The notes below the pieces were generated by a model, which searched no databases, was not told the origin of the DNA, and was given only the letters and a program-made list of their open reading frames with translations. A stretch of DNA of 64,000 bases. Origin: Chrysomallon squamiferum (lineage: Eukaryota > Animalia > Mollusca). The position numbers were made by a program, and so were the translations under genes. Shown piece after piece: positions 26,152 to 41,454 of the stretch; the stretch's first letter is position 1; each line of letters opens with the position of its first letter. The stretch spans positions 35,340,001-35,404,000 of the forward strand of contig CM022672.1 in assembly GCA_012295275.1 (NCBI GenBank), written 5' to 3'.

Positions 26152-27849
26152 CTTTACAATCTTCTACTGACAGTTATTCTGAAAATGGATCAGAAATTAT
26201 TATTTATTATTATAGTTTCAACAATCTATCATTCACCACTAATGAAAGCAATATTTCAGAAGCTGACGTGAAAATAGAAAACATTTTGTTAGTTTATCAA
26301 TCTTTGACAACAGGAAGGTGATTTCATGGAACTGGACACAAAGCAGTTTTTTCAAATCTTATGTCAAATTATGAGTTCCGGCGGTGAACAATCACATGTT
26401 CTCGCTTCAGCACTAACCACACTCAAACCCAAAACACAATAAAACATTTTTAAAGTTCTTTATGACGGCAGTAAAATACAGAAGTGAATAACTTCAGTCC
26501 AGTTCATGAAGTGCAGATCAATCGCTTTTATACACTTCAAATTTACAGTTTGTGGCAGGTAATGTTGTTGTTATTACACAAAGTTCACGTATGAATGTCG
26601 TGGACATGTATTTGCAGATTAAGTTTTTGTTAATATGAAATTATTTGTAACTGGGTTTATTTTTTTGTTTTTAAGAAATTGTTTGATATTTGATTATGTC
26701 TTAAATGAAGCCAGATATTTAAAACAGTTTTTTTTTTTTAAATTAGGATTTCGTTTCTTTGACTGTATTCTTTATTTTTTTTTTTTTCCTTTATTCTTTT
26801 CTTTCTTTCTTTCTATTATATAAAATTAGTTTTTATTACAATAAAATTATTATTATTATTATTATTATTATAAATGGATTTAGTTCTTACTATTATGCAA
26901 TAAAAGGTTTAGAACCAATAAGTAAGAAAAGTGAGTAAAAACATAAAAACTGTTCTGATACTGAGAAAACATTTTTAAAGAAAGAAAACAAAAATTACAT
27001 GTTCTTGTTTTATATGGAATAAGACTATCTCTATAAATGTTTGTTTTTTTATTTAAAAACTTTAGTTACATTAACTGCTTTTGTTTAATTTTTTAATTTT
27101 TTAATTTTTTTTTATTATATTATTTTTTTTTGTCATATTTTTGTATTTGTATTTTATACATATATTTTTTTAATTTTTTTTTTCTTATACATATAATATT
27201 TTTATTCAGGATAAAACCACAAAATAAAAATTAACAAAATTAATCATGTACTTGAAAATGTAAAATGTATTTTATTGCAGGTTAACATTCGTAACTTGTT
27301 TATAAAGAACAAAAGAAGTGGGGTTGTGTTTTTTGTTAAGTTTAAAAAAAAAAAAAAAAAAAAAAATGTATCCAATGAATTTTTGTTTAATATTCAAAAT
27401 CAACTTTGTAAAGAACAGAAACACTGGTGTTGTTTTTCTTTAAGTCTCATTTTTATTTTTATTTCTTTTTTCTCTCTCTCCAGTGTTTTCAATTTACATA
27501 ACTACCCCCCCCCCCACTGTGACTGCTCAATTCAAACTGAAGTTTGTGAGTCTCTGTGTGCTTTAACCCGGCACGTGTCTCACATCTCACTTTCATCTCG
27601 CTGGATTCTCATTGGCTGATCTCACCAGGTGCGCAGGGTCTCCACATTACCCATGTTCACGTCACAGTCGGCCACCACATCATGTTTGTGCACCAACAAG
27701 CATATCGGCTGTGTGTGTATCACTGACAAGAGTGGGTCTCACTTTCTTCCAACTCATCCTGTGTTAACTGTAGTGGGGGGGGTGCTGTTGTAATTATTAT
27801 CAGCATTTTTATTATTTTTATTTTTTTATAATGATAACAATCTATATTA

Positions 27850-28500
<651 letters not shown>

Positions 28501-30011
28501 TGCAATAAAAATTAGTTTTATCTAGTAAAGATTGCCTCTGTATAATTATCTGTATCAAAAATAACTTGTATGGATTAAAATTAATTACCTATGTGTATGA
28601 GAAAGATTACCTGCACCAAAAAAATAAATACCTGTGTATTTTAAACTGTCCAATTTACTTGTAAGTATTAGTTATTTGTATTAAAGGTATCTGATTTAGA
28701 AATTATTTGTTTTAACAAACAAAACATTTCCTGTACATTAAAATTTTATACTTATTTGACTATGAGACTTGCAATCTTTCAAAAACCAAATTTGAAACAA
28801 AGAAAAGATATAAAATATTTACAATATTTAACATTAAATTAAACACATAAGTATTGAAGTTTGCACCTGATTCTTACACTAAGAAGAACAATGTAAAATT
28901 TCACCTGGGTTTTTTCAAAGAACAAAGATAATTACTGTTAACGGTTCATAACACCACCAAACCTTCTTTTATCTGTTAATAAATTGAAATACTGACCTTA
29001 AAAAAATATATAAAAAATGATCCTACTTGAAGAAGAAAATAAAAAACCAGTGAGCCAAGTGACATGTTTACAACTGAACTGAGATAAAAGATTCGAGCTA
29101 AGAACTGATTTCTCCGTTATTCTGTGAGTCTTTACAAATATCTAAAAACAGTTGAGTTTGTGGTCCATCGACTTTACTCATCACATCACAGCATGGTACA
29201 CCTGCTTTATTTATCACAACACAATTGTGATCTACCTCTTTACTGACCAGCTCACAATGTGCAGTAAAAATTTCACTGTGCAGCTTTCTGTCTGCTTCTC
29301 TCGTTCTGAGTCGTCTTTTCAGCTCCTGCTGACACAACAAAGAACTCTTCACAGCTTGAAACGAAGATCTGACAATATTCCTCTCCCCAGATCAAACCTC
29401 ATCACCTGACCCCCCCTGCTTCTCATGTACACACACCCACTGTCACCCACCCTCATCTAGTTAATTTTCTATTTTCACATTCCAAACACTGGTGTAGAGA
29501 AGAGTTCAGGATGGATTAGATTTTTGATTAACATATATATTAATATCATCATTATCATCATCATAACCATCATCAACATCATCAGCAGCAGTAGTAGTAG
29601 TAGTATGATTATTAGCAATTGCAATATTGTTAGCAATTGTAGTCATTTATTTAATATCATCATCATCATCATTAGTAGTACTAGTAGTAGTATCATTATT
29701 AGCAACTGTAATATTGTGTTAGCAGCTGTAATCATTTATTTAATGACAGCATCATCATCATCATTACTATCATTGTTTTCATTATTAGTGGTAACTGCAG
29801 AGCAGCATCAGTGAAACATAATTTTTTTTTTTAACAGTTAAAATATTTTTAAACATTTGTCCATGTTTAAACTATAAACATGAAAAAAGAAAAAGTCGTA
29901 TGAAATCACCTACAAAATGTATATGTATGCTAGAATGCACATGTTTGCATGTGTGTCTCTATCTCATGAGCATGCATGTGTATGTATCTCTGTGAGAGAG
30001 AGTGTGTGTGT

Positions 30012-30107
<96 letters not shown>

Positions 30108-32588
30108 CTTGTTTGTGTGTTGCAAAATCTTTACAACATCAGTGGATATTGATCTGTTTTATTTTAAAAAAATCTTAATCTGACAAATATTTTAAATATT
30201 CTCAGAATACTGATAAACAAAGCCTATACATAAAATAAAAACTTAATTTTATAGTATAAAACTATTTTACTGTTGAAAGCAAAATAAAAATAAACGTGAT
30301 TTTAAAAAATAAAAATCATATTATAATTATAATGCAATACAAGCCAACAGAATAAAATAATAAATGTAAATAAGAAAAGCTATTTTAATAATATTAAATA
30401 ATTAAATAATTAAATAAATAAATAAATAAAATAAGTAGATAAAATAAAATAATAAAATAATAAACAAATAAATAAAATTAACCTTAAATAAAAATAAATA
30501 AAATGATCAATATAAAAATAATAAATATATAAAATTATCTACAAAAAATAATAAAATAAATACAAATATATAAATTTAAAAAAATAGAAAAATAATAAAA
30601 AATAAAATCCTGTTTCAGGATATTTTCAGACTGGAATTCCGCTGCACATTGGTAACATTTGAAGAAAAGCAGACGTGACAGACTCAAGTGAAAAAAGGCG
30701 TGGCCACTGTGGGCCTGAAAAAAGATTCTAACCACAGGTAATTAGGTGTCTGGGTGTTAATGCAGTACAGGTAAATTACTCTTTAATTCACCTATTCTCA
30801 GTGAGGTCAGCAGGTCAAAAGACAATGAGGAGAAATCAAAATGTTCAAACAATTCCGTTCACTTCGTTGATCCCAGCAGAAACCTATCAATGGCTGCTTT
30901 GCTTGAAGAGCTGCTATTGTCCCCATTATTCTCTTTGAACTTGATTTATTTCTGTTTATTTACTTAGTTTAGTTTAGTATTTATTTAAATAAGTAAAAGA
31001 TAATAATAATAAACCTTTGTACTCAAGATTTATTTATTTGTTTATTTATTTTTTTAAATTTCATTTCAGTTTAGTTTGATTTATTATTTATTATTTAGAA
31101 TCTGCAGAAATTCTGTTCATGAACCAAATTAAATTAATTAATTTTTTTTTTTTACATTCTAAAATATAATATCTAGTCACAGATAAATAAATAAAATTAT
31201 CAATTTTCTAATCTCAGCTTATCATAATCAGCCCACTTAATCATTTAAACTGTCAGTTTCTCAAAATGATGAGGTATGTACTGTCTAGACAAATACTCAG
31301 TTATTTAAAAAACAACATAAACCTTCACAGTTAAAAATAAAAAAAAAAAAAAAAAAAAAAACTATTTATCACTAGAAATAACTTCAGTATTCAACTGTCT
31401 TGGATATCCTATAAGAAATAAAAAAATAAATAAAATTAAAAAGTGAGTGGTCTGGGATGGAGTATGTAATGTATTCAGGTCTTACAAGAAAAATGAGCTA
31501 TTACTGTTGAGAAGTTTATTTTTGAAATAGATTTAACCACACCTGACAGGTGAACAAATATGATGCAGAATAAAACACACCTGTCTTTTTTTCTTTTTTT
31601 TTACATGCAGCATTGCATCACACACAATAGTAAATATACATGGCACATTTTTTTATTTCTTTCTTGTATGAACATCTTCCATGCTTTCTTTGATAAATCA
31701 TGTTTTTAAAAAACATTAAATATTTGTCTAATAACAATGAACATACAGTCCATCACTCAGTTATAATACAGTTTCTAACATGATACTGAAAAATGGTGTT
31801 GAATTTCTTTTATTAGTGAAGACAAGAATAAAAATGTTAGAGAAAACCAAAACAAAAATTCAGCTATTATTCATAGAAATGGAACATTTTAATACCTTTG
31901 ATTAAAAAATTTAATTTGTTTAATTACCTTTGATTAAAAAATGTAATTTGTTTAATTACTCAGCTAGGACAGTCAGAACGTTTCAGTGTTTGGGGAATGA
32001 AAACAGCCTGCATAAACACAACTTTATAAAAATGTAGATTCAAGGATTTCAGTGACAAGAAAACAATTTTTAGATGTTTTCTTCACTTTGTGTTCTGTGA
32101 GTTAGTAATGTGTGACATTCTTGTGATAGTTTCAAATTAATTTAAATAAAATAATTAAAAAATAATTGTAAAAGTTTTAATAAACCGTTTCAATATCTTC
32201 TTAAAAGACAAACAAGATAATGAAATTTTAATTCTAAATTATTAGTTTAAAATAGAACATTATAAAATAAAATAAAATAAAATAAAATATAATAATATAA
32301 AAATAAAAATAAACATAAAATAAAATAACATAAAATAAAATAAAATAAATTAAAATAAATTAAAATAAAGCAAAATTAAAAATTAGATTTGTGATTATTT
32401 CCCTGTTATTTGTATCCTTTCTCTGCAAATCACAGAAGAAAATAAACTGCTGAAGGTATTTTTGAAGTATTTGTTGCAGTTTCTGACTAAGTTGAATCCA
32501 CACAGTTGTTGTATTTGTTATCAAATTCTCACACTTTGTGGCTGGGATGAAGAGAAAGAATCTGCTGTCACTGGACCCTGTAATCATC

Positions 32589-32803
32589 ACAGCTCCTGGG
32601 CCTGCAACAGCTACAACAGCTACAGCAGCTACAGCAGCTACAACAGCTACAGCAGCTACAACAGCTACAACAGCTACAACAACTACAGCAGCTACAACAG
32701 CTACAACAACTACAGCAGCTACAAAGTTACAACAGCTACAACAGCTACAAAGCTACAACAGCTCCTGGGCCCACAACAGCTACAACAGCTACAACAGCTC
32801 CTG
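32589..32803. repeat. 9-bp minisatellite (ACA(A/G)CAGCT) with cagctcctg(ggcc) units at both ends
   Basis: Direct reading. Confidence 0.9.
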
Positions 32804-33216
32804 ATCTGAGTGATCACAGACATGGCAGCCGCTTTGATCCACGTGTTGCCTGCAGCGTAGCTGTCTGCCCGATGACAACACCGTGACTGCTGTCTGCTCA
32901 AGTGAACCAGTCTGCTATCAGCAGCTACAATGGTGTTTGTTAACATCACACGGAAACAATCAACAGGGAAAACAAGGAGAGGAAGAGACATCATCGGAAT
33001 CAAGTTGTTGTTGTTGTTGTTGTTGCAGACAAAGTGGATGAAGATGTAACAAAAATAAATCTGTCTTTGTTGTAAGAAATTCAGCACTTGAAAGAAGGCA
33101 GAAAAAATATTAAATATTTGTTTTTGAAAAATGTTAATTACTCATACAAGTGTTGTAGAAAAATAGGCTGATACAAACTGCTAAATAATGAAATCAATTT
33201 ATCAGACTCTCTCTCG

Positions 33217-33247
<31 letters not shown>

Positions 33248-33315
33248 TCATTCTCTCTTTCTGACATCTTCTCTCTCTTTCTCTCTTGAAGTCTAAAACA
33301 TCAAATAATCTGACA

Positions 33316-33352
<37 letters not shown>

Positions 33353-33847
33353 ATATTAAAAATCAGTAAAAGAAAGATTGATTTTAGTTATTATTATTTT
33401 TTTTTTTTTTTTTTTTTTTTTTTCTTTAATGTTAAAAAAATGAAAAAATGAAAAAAATGGAATAAAAATTAATAATCTTTGTCAGAAATCATTGTTATGT
33501 GGACAACAAATGCTGTTTAAAATGGGCGCACTGGAATGAAATGAAATCAACAAAAGAAAAAAATGTCAGAATCCATTTCATTCACATTTTTTTAAAACAT
33601 TTTTCTTTATTTTATTCATTTTTTTTTAATCAATATTATTTTATTATTGTTTTATATATTTTTGTATAGAGAAATATTTTCATAATTCAGTGCCATTACT
33701 TTGTAACCTTTTTAATTAAGGGCAGAAAAACTGATTTCCTATTTTTAAATGATTATTAATGTATCTGTATGCATATATATGTACACTGTGTGTGTGTGTG
33801 TGTGTGTACAAATATATAATATAATATAATATAATCTGCCAGTACCA

Positions 33848-33886
<39 letters not shown>

Positions 33887-35357
33887 TAATATAATATAAT
33901 ATAATATAATATAATATATATATATATATATTTTTTTTTTTAAATCATTTTTACAGCCATTAAACATCATAAATTGCTTGACAAAACAAAACATTATCTA
34001 AAACGTGGCAGTCACATTACAAGGACTCCTGCTGGTGAAAACCTACAAGGATCAATTTAAAAAGTCTTGGCCAGGATAAAGAAACAGAACTAACTGCTGG
34101 TTGCCTGTGGCCTGTACGGGTTGGGAGGAATTTTAACAAAGACTTTTCACCGATGCTCATAACCAAAGTTTCCAGTTGCACAGAGCTGCCATTGTGAGCT
34201 AAAGTGAGGCAAACAGGAAACCTGAGCTCACTGAAATTAAATGACAGCAGAAAAAGACAATCTGTCCTCTTCTCTATCAGGACCAAGATGTCTGAGTTCT
34301 GTGATCAGCAAATGTTACAATTAACAGAAGCAGGTGATTCACTTTGTGTCCAGTGATTTCACATTACCTTTATCTGTTTCACTCAACCCTAAAAACAAAA
34401 ACAAGCAGACAAACAATAAAAGGGTCTGATGTTCCAAGTACTCTGTAATTACAACATGAAATTATTATTTTTTATTTTTTATTTTTTTTAAAAAGAATGA
34501 ACAAATATCCAGAGGGGATGTTTCTAAAGCTATAATTTGAAAGATGTTTGTGAGATTTAAAAACCAGAAAAGATAATAACAAGATTTTTTTCTAGTTGTT
34601 TTGTTTTGGGGTTTTTTTTTTGTGTGGTGGGGCCTTTTAACCTTTTCTTACATACAACCAATTATGTTTAGATACTGGATTCCTGTATCATAATCTGTAA
34701 ATAAACTGTTAACCCATTCACAGCCAACCACTGTCACAGTGTCTGGTTATGTAATAACAGGACAAGCAGCTATAAATCAAATGAATTACCAATGACACTT
34801 TACAACAAAGTGACTATAAACATATACACATGTGATCTTTCAATTTTAAATATTATTTAAATACAATTTTTGACAAGAAGATTCTTGAGTGTTTTAAATA
34901 AGTAACATACTTGGAGACTACAAAAACTAAAAAAACTAAAAGTGTGCTCTGTAATCACAACAACACTGAACAAACCACACAGATTAAAACCTTACACAAA
35001 TCTTTAAACACACAGACATGATTGTGCATGTACTTCTAGTAATTAAAGGTGACATCGGATTAGTACACTTATTCTTTGTGTACACAACATCCAGTTTCAG
35101 TTACTTCCAGCAACTTTTACAAATAAAACATTAAAATAATCAATCTACATTTCACAATGAATCAGCTATTAAATGTACAATGTATACATAATCTATTTAT
35201 TTATTTATATTGTATTGAATGTATACCTGTATACATAACATCATAAATTGTTATAGAAATTGTACAGCACTGTAAATAACAGTCACAAACTTGTATATCT
35301 GTTCACTGCACACTGAATGTAATTACACAGGCAACTCTGACATCATCAAACTGTACA

Positions 35358-35359
<2 letters not shown>

Positions 35360-35388
<29 letters not shown>

Positions 35389-35461
35389 TGTATGTGTGTG
35401 TGTGTGTGTATGTATGTATGTGTATGTATGTATTATGTACTTTTGTAGGTATGTATGTATG

Positions 35462-35493
<32 letters not shown>

Positions 35494-35501
35494 TGTATGT
35501 A

Positions 35502-35548
<47 letters not shown>

Positions 35549-35635
35549 ATGTATGTGTACGTATGTATGTATGTATGTATGTACATATGTATGTATGTAT
35601 GTATGTATGTACATTTGTAGGTATGTACATACATG
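35360..35635. repeat. (ATGT)n/(GT)n microsatellite
   Basis: Direct reading. Confidence 0.95.
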
Positions 35636-37008
35636 TGTATATGTTATAACTGTATATAGCAGCTCATAAACTTGAAAATAAAATCACATGTACAGCTAAC
35701 TGACATAAAAAATACTTATTAAAACATATAACACTGCACACAAACTGTACATTCTACATAAAGACATGAACTGTACACTGAACACAAGAGCTGTTCATTC
35801 AGATGTGACTTGGTGTAGTTTTTAGTTTTCATTCATGCTTGTAAGACATAAAAAGAAGTAAAAAAATGGTTAGTTGTGTTATTTTGCACCTGCCTGTAGA
35901 AACACAATCACAACACCTGCATTCTGCGGAGGTCATATTAACACATTAATAAACACACACACAGTTTATTACCAGCCTCACCCCCCACCCCACCCACCCC
36001 TCTCCATCTGCCCTTGAAGGGTCAGTTGTAGATAAAGGGCTGGTAACTGATACCCCGGTGCAGTGGGTGTGTCACTGGGTGTGTCTGCTTGTAATGTTGG
36101 CCAACTCAGCAGTAATAATGTGTATCAGCTTCCAGGGTGCATGAAGACTTTATTATCTGCGGGGTGAGATACCCCATACACAACGTCATGCCAGCAGGAT
36201 GTTGCTGTGGCAGAAGGTGATAAGAAAGATAAAACTAACACAGTGTCACATTATACGCAGGGATTTACAATGTTGAGACTAAACAAATTTTCTTAAGACT
36301 GCAGTTTTGATAGAGAGATTGAATCCCAGAACTTGTCTTTACATGTATTTAAAAAATACACATATTATAATTTAAAATATAAAAATATGTAAATAGATAC
36401 ACAATTTATTCATTATGTACATGTCAGTGGTTGTTTAACTGTTTTCTTGTCTATGGGAAGGTGAAAATATAAAATACTTTACTGCTAATTAAAAAATGAG
36501 CTACAGTTTTATGTTTCACTGTTCCTTACTTAAAATAGTAATAAAACTTTTGAGTGGATATATGAGCTTATCACAAGAAAAAGGATCAACTATATATTAG
36601 ACATTATTCTTTATAATTAAATATTGTTCAATACTCTAACTTAGGTAGAAAGATACAGATGTAAAACAACTCAAAAACAATAAACTTTATTAAAAGTCTA
36701 TTAATTATTTCTCTACATGTTGAGTATTCTTCAGTAGACTCACAGTGAGACTGTGCAGGTAGACATGTCTACTCATCACGTGATGTTCAGTAGATTCACA
36801 GAAAAGAGAGACATCTCTAGTTAAGAGAATAACAAGTAATTAAGTTTTATGTTCAGTAGATCTCACAGAAAAGAGATTTATTCTCTAGTTAAGAAAATAA
36901 CAAAACAAAAGATTTAACATTCAGCGGATATCGTTATTTTTCATTTATTCACTGTGAAGAAAACCCTGCACAAACAAAAGAGTTTCATCAACCAGTGGCA
37001 ATGTTGTT

Positions 37009-37116
37009 ATGTAACTTCACCCTGATGTCACCACTATGTAACTTCACCCTGATGTCACCACTGTGTAACTTCACCCTGACGTCACCACTGTGTAACTTCA
37101 CCCTGATGTCACCACT
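37009..37116. repeat. Minisatellite, 27-bp unit x4
   Basis: (a/g)tgtaacttcaccctga(t/c)gtcaccact at 37009, 37036, 37063, 37090. Confidence 0.95.
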
Positions 37117-37299
37117 AACAGCAATTACAGTCTAAATTTCCTCTCACAGCAAATATTTGAACTTGTGATCAGACAGATGAGCTGTGATTAGAATTGTGCA
37201 ACCAGGAATCTGGTCTGAGAGAAACAAGGTGGTCTGTCACGTTCACTCACATCTGTCAGGTTCCTGGTCTAAGTCCAACCAGCAAGACTCAATTACTGG

Positions 37300-38445
37300 T
37301 GTAAACAGTTTCTAAATGTATGAAATAAATGTTACACAACCCAATAAAGTACACCAAATTGACAGATTTAACAGAAAGAATCTACAGGTTCTAGATTTAC
37401 AAAATGTTAGATAAATAAAAAAAGTAGACTAAAGAGACAAATTTTTATTAAAAAAATTGTAGATTCTAGGTGTGTGTGAACTGATATATTTTACAGAAAG
37501 AATTGAGTTTCTAGATATACAAAATAAATGTTAGACACACCAGTAAGGCATTCTGAAGTGAAAGATTTTAAACTTAAAGTGTCTGTCTGTCTAGGTGTGT
37601 GAAATGAAAAGAAGAAGATGAAACCAATAAAGAACACTGACAGATTTTTACAGAAATAATCTCCAGCTTCTATGAAATAAATGTCAGATAACCAGGAAAC
37701 AACACTGTTAGAGTTTAATAGAAAGAATCTATTTTCAACTGAACTCTGAGATAAATCAGCAGGTACAGTAAACTGAAAGAATATACAGTTTCAGTGTGAG
37801 TTTAAAAATATTAGATAAGCAGAAAACTACACTGATATATTTTAACAGAAATAATTTAGTTTTAAACTGTGTAAAGGTACACAGAACTGACAGATTTTTA
37901 CAGAAAGAGGCTGCAGTTTCTAGGCGTATGAAATAAATAACAGATAAACAGTAAGATTGCTTCAAACAGAAATAATTTAGTTTCTAGGTGTGTAAGTAAA
38001 AACTAAACACTCATAGCTGTTTTAAACAGAACCTTCTTTCAAGTGAAATGTTAGATAAAACAATAAGACAATAAAGAGAAAGATTTTAACTGAAACATTC
38101 AACAGATTCTGAACTGAACATTAGAAAAACAGAAAGCTATGCTAATTCTTTTTAACAGATAGAATACAGCTTCTAGGTGTGTGAAATGTTAATATAAATC
38201 AGTATCGCACACTGATATATTTTAACAGAACAAATCTAGCTGCTAGTAAAAATCTTAAAACAAGTCACCTAATAGATTTCAACTAAAAAAAATGTATAGT
38301 TTCCAGGTATGTGAAACAAATATTACACAACCAGTAACACACACTGAAATATTTTAACAGATGTATCTAGCTTTTAGTAAAATGTGAAACAAATCTTACA
38401 CAACAAGTAACACACACTGAAATATTTGAAGAGGAAGAATTTCTG
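37300..38445. repeat. Old, highly diverged tandem array (~65-75 bp unit)
   Basis: Recurring skeleton gtttctaggtgtgtgaaataaatgttagataaaccagtaa...cactga(c/t)a(g/t)attttaacagaaagaatct in many imperfect copies. Confidence 0.75.
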
Positions 38446-38889
38446 CAGGGTTATCAGATTAACACCCACTGGAGATGTGAAAGAATGTTGCCTGGTTTAT
38501 CAGATAAAGAAACAGTGTAAGAGAAACCTGAGAACTGGGCTGTTGTGTAAAACACTAAACTGGAAGATCACTAACTACAGAGATTCTCTGCAAGGCTGAT
38601 CAAATAAAGGTTACAGAGTCATGTGACAGCACTAGATAACTGTCAGTGGGGGGCTTGCATGGGGTGGTATGGTGTGTGGTATGGTATGTGGTATGTGGTA
38701 TGTGGTATGGTATGTGATATGGGTATGACATTATATAATATGGTATAATAATGGCATAACACTGTTTGATTTGATGTGGTGCACAATGATTTCATATGGA
38801 ATGATATGGTGTTATTTTGTGTGCTATGTTATATGACATGATACAGAATGGCATGGAATGGTATAGTTTGGTCTGATGTAGCATGGTAC

Positions 38890-39790
38890 AGTTTTGTGTG
38901 TTGTCTGAGGTACAGAGAGGACTATCGTGTGGTGTGTGTTGTGGTTTTCTGTGTTGTCTGAGGTACAGAGAGGACTATGGTGTGGTGTGTGTTGTGGTTT
39001 TGTGTGTTGTCTGAGGTTGGACTCTGTGGTGTGTGTTGTCTGAGGTACAGAGAGGACTATCGATGTGGTGTGTGTTGTCTTTTATGTGTTGTCTGAGGTA
39101 CAGTGAGGACTATGGTGTGGTGTGTGTTGTCTGAGGTACAGAGAGGACTATGGTGTGGTGTGTGTTGTGGTTTTCTGTGTTGTCTGAGGTACAGAGAGGA
39201 CTATGGTGTGGTGTGTGTTGTGGTTTTGTGTGTTGTCTGAGGTACAGTGAGGACTATGGTGTGGTGTGTGTTGTCTGAGGTACAGTGAGGACTATGGTGT
39301 GGTGTGTGTTGTGGTTTTCTGTGTTGTCTGAGGTACAGTGAGGACTATGGTGTGGTGTGTGTTGTCTGAGGTACAGTGAGGACTATGGTGTGGTGTGTGT
39401 TGTCTGAGGTACAGAGAGGACTATGGTGTGGTGTGTGTTGTCTGAGGTACAGTGAGGACTATGGTGTGGTGTGTGTTGTCTGAGGTACAGTGAGGACTAT
39501 GATGTGGTGTGTGTTGTCTGAGGTACAGAGACTATGGTGTATGATGTGGGTTTTCTGTGTTGTCTGAGGTACAGAGAGGACTATGATGTGGTGTGTGTTG
39601 TCTGTTTTGTGTGTGTTGTCTGAGGTACAGAGAGGACTATGGTGTGGTGTGTGTTGTGGTTTGTGGTGTGTTTGTCTGAGGTACAGAGAGGACTATGGTG
39701 TGGTGTGTGTTGTCTGAGGTACAGAGAGGACTATGGTGTGGTGTGTGTTGTCTGAGGTACAGTGAGGACTATGGTGTGGTGTGTGTTGTG
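38890..39790. repeat. Minisatellite, 38-bp unit with ~52-bp variants, about 20 copies
   Basis: tgttgtctgaggtacag(a/t)gaggactatggtgtggtgtg. Confidence 0.95.
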
Positions 39791-40074
39791 TTTTTTGGTT
39801 TGGTTTGTCTGATGAATGGTGCAGTGACTTGTTTGGTTTGTTGTATGGTGTGTGGACTATGATGTGTGTTGTATGATGTTTGGTATGGTGTGTGGTGTGT
39901 GTTGTCTGGGTGTGAGGACTATGGTGTGTGTGGTATGTGTGTGGTATGATGTGTGGTATGATGTGTGATGTGATGTGTGTGTGGTATGGTGTGTGTTGTA
40001 TGAGGTTTATCATGTGGTATGTGTGTGGTTTTGTGTGCTTTGGTTTGCTGATGATGGTGGTATGTTGTTTGGTT

Positions 40075-40305
40075 TGTGGTATGATGTGTGGTATGATGTG
40101 TGGTATGGTGTGTGGTATGGTGTGTGGTATGATGTGTGGTATGATGTGTGGTATGATGTGTGGTATGATGTGTGGTATGATGTGTGGTATGATGTGTGGT
40201 ATGATGTGTGGTATGATGTGTGGTATGATGTGTGGTATGATGTTTGGTATGATGTGTGGTATGATGTGTGGTATGATGTGTGGTATGATGTGTGGTATGA
40301 TGTGG
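40075..40305. repeat. Minisatellite, 12-bp unit tgtggtatgatg
   Basis: Direct reading; explains the PHII/HHTT/WYDV pseudo-ORFs. Confidence 0.95.
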
Positions 40306-40733
40306 CATGGTAAATTGTGAAACATAACAAGTCTTCATTTGAACAGAAACTTCTGAGTTAACGACAGGTTGTAAGATTTTAATGATCACTTTGAATGATC
40401 ACTTTGAATGATCACTGGTTTTATATCATTTCCAAACCCTACAATCAGCTGTCTTACTGTCAGAGAGATACACTAAAACATCTAATAACAAAATATAAAT
40501 TACTTGTGATTGCTAATGACAGAAAACACTGAATGTGCCCTAAAATACATTTGTAAGAAATTAAACACACACCTTTTTGTTTGATGTCCAAAATCCTATC
40601 ACAAGAAATCACAACATCAATAGTATCTGTTTCCTCTGTTTGCTTAAATCTTATTTTTCCATTCAAAATATGTTGCTGCATCTTTCTTTAGAAAATTTAA
40701 CATTTTTGCATTAAATGTGAATATAAGAATATA

Positions 40734-40769
<36 letters not shown>

Positions 40770-40778
40770 CATTATTAT

Positions 40779-40866
<88 letters not shown>

Positions 40867-41440
40867 CACACAAAGAACACACACACACACACACAGGCAC
40901 ACAAAGAACACACACACACACACACAGGCACACAAAGAACACACACACATACACACACAGGCACACAAAGAATACACACACACATGCAGGCACACAAAAC
41001 AAACACACACACACACAGGCACACAAAGAACACACACACACACACACAGGCACACAAAGAACACACACACACACATACAAGCATATCATCATTTGGTAAA
41101 ATTCAAAAGCTGATGACAGAAAACGAGTGTTTTAGACAACAGATGGTGAGGTGAGTGACTCAGACAACAAGCAGCAGTAAAACACATCAACTCAGCAGAG
41201 TGGACACAGAGAACTGTTACCATTACCCAACAACACCAGCATGAAGACACAATCTGCTCCTCGGTAATGATGAGTGGATGTGGGTGCTGATGAGGTGGGT
41301 GTGGTCAGGTAGGTGCGTTTGTGTGGGGCAGCCCGGGTGTGAAAGGAAATTACATTTCCAGGTGGGGAAGAGAAAGGATGAAGTGTTCAACAATCATTAA
41401 CTCAGATTAGGTGAGATGGTCCCATGAGGGGGCTGGCTTT

Positions 41441-41454
41441 GTTGCCATGGAAAC
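41441..41454. promoter_or_regulatory. RFX X-box
   Basis: GTTGCCATGGAAAC fits the palindromic consensus GTTNCCATGGNAAC, inside a GC-richer unique block (41100-41590). Confidence 0.45.

Noticed and set aside
27626-27740. Minus-strand open stretch ending at a GTGAGA donor, tested as the missing APC4 exon
   Set aside because: Joining to 22473 makes TG+A = stop; no good acceptor and no APC4 similarity.
30630-30737. Plus-strand segment with good acceptor and donor
   Set aside because: Stops in all three frames; at most a non-coding exon, with no other support.
36721-36742. TGAGTATT start resembling miR-12
   Set aside because: Only the first 8 nt match; it lies in a degenerate tandem repeat with no hairpin.
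38890-39790. Repeat array resembling CRISPR (also 16590-17655)
   Set aside because: Head-to-tail units or microsatellite spacers rather than unique spacers, no cas genes, eukaryotic intron context.
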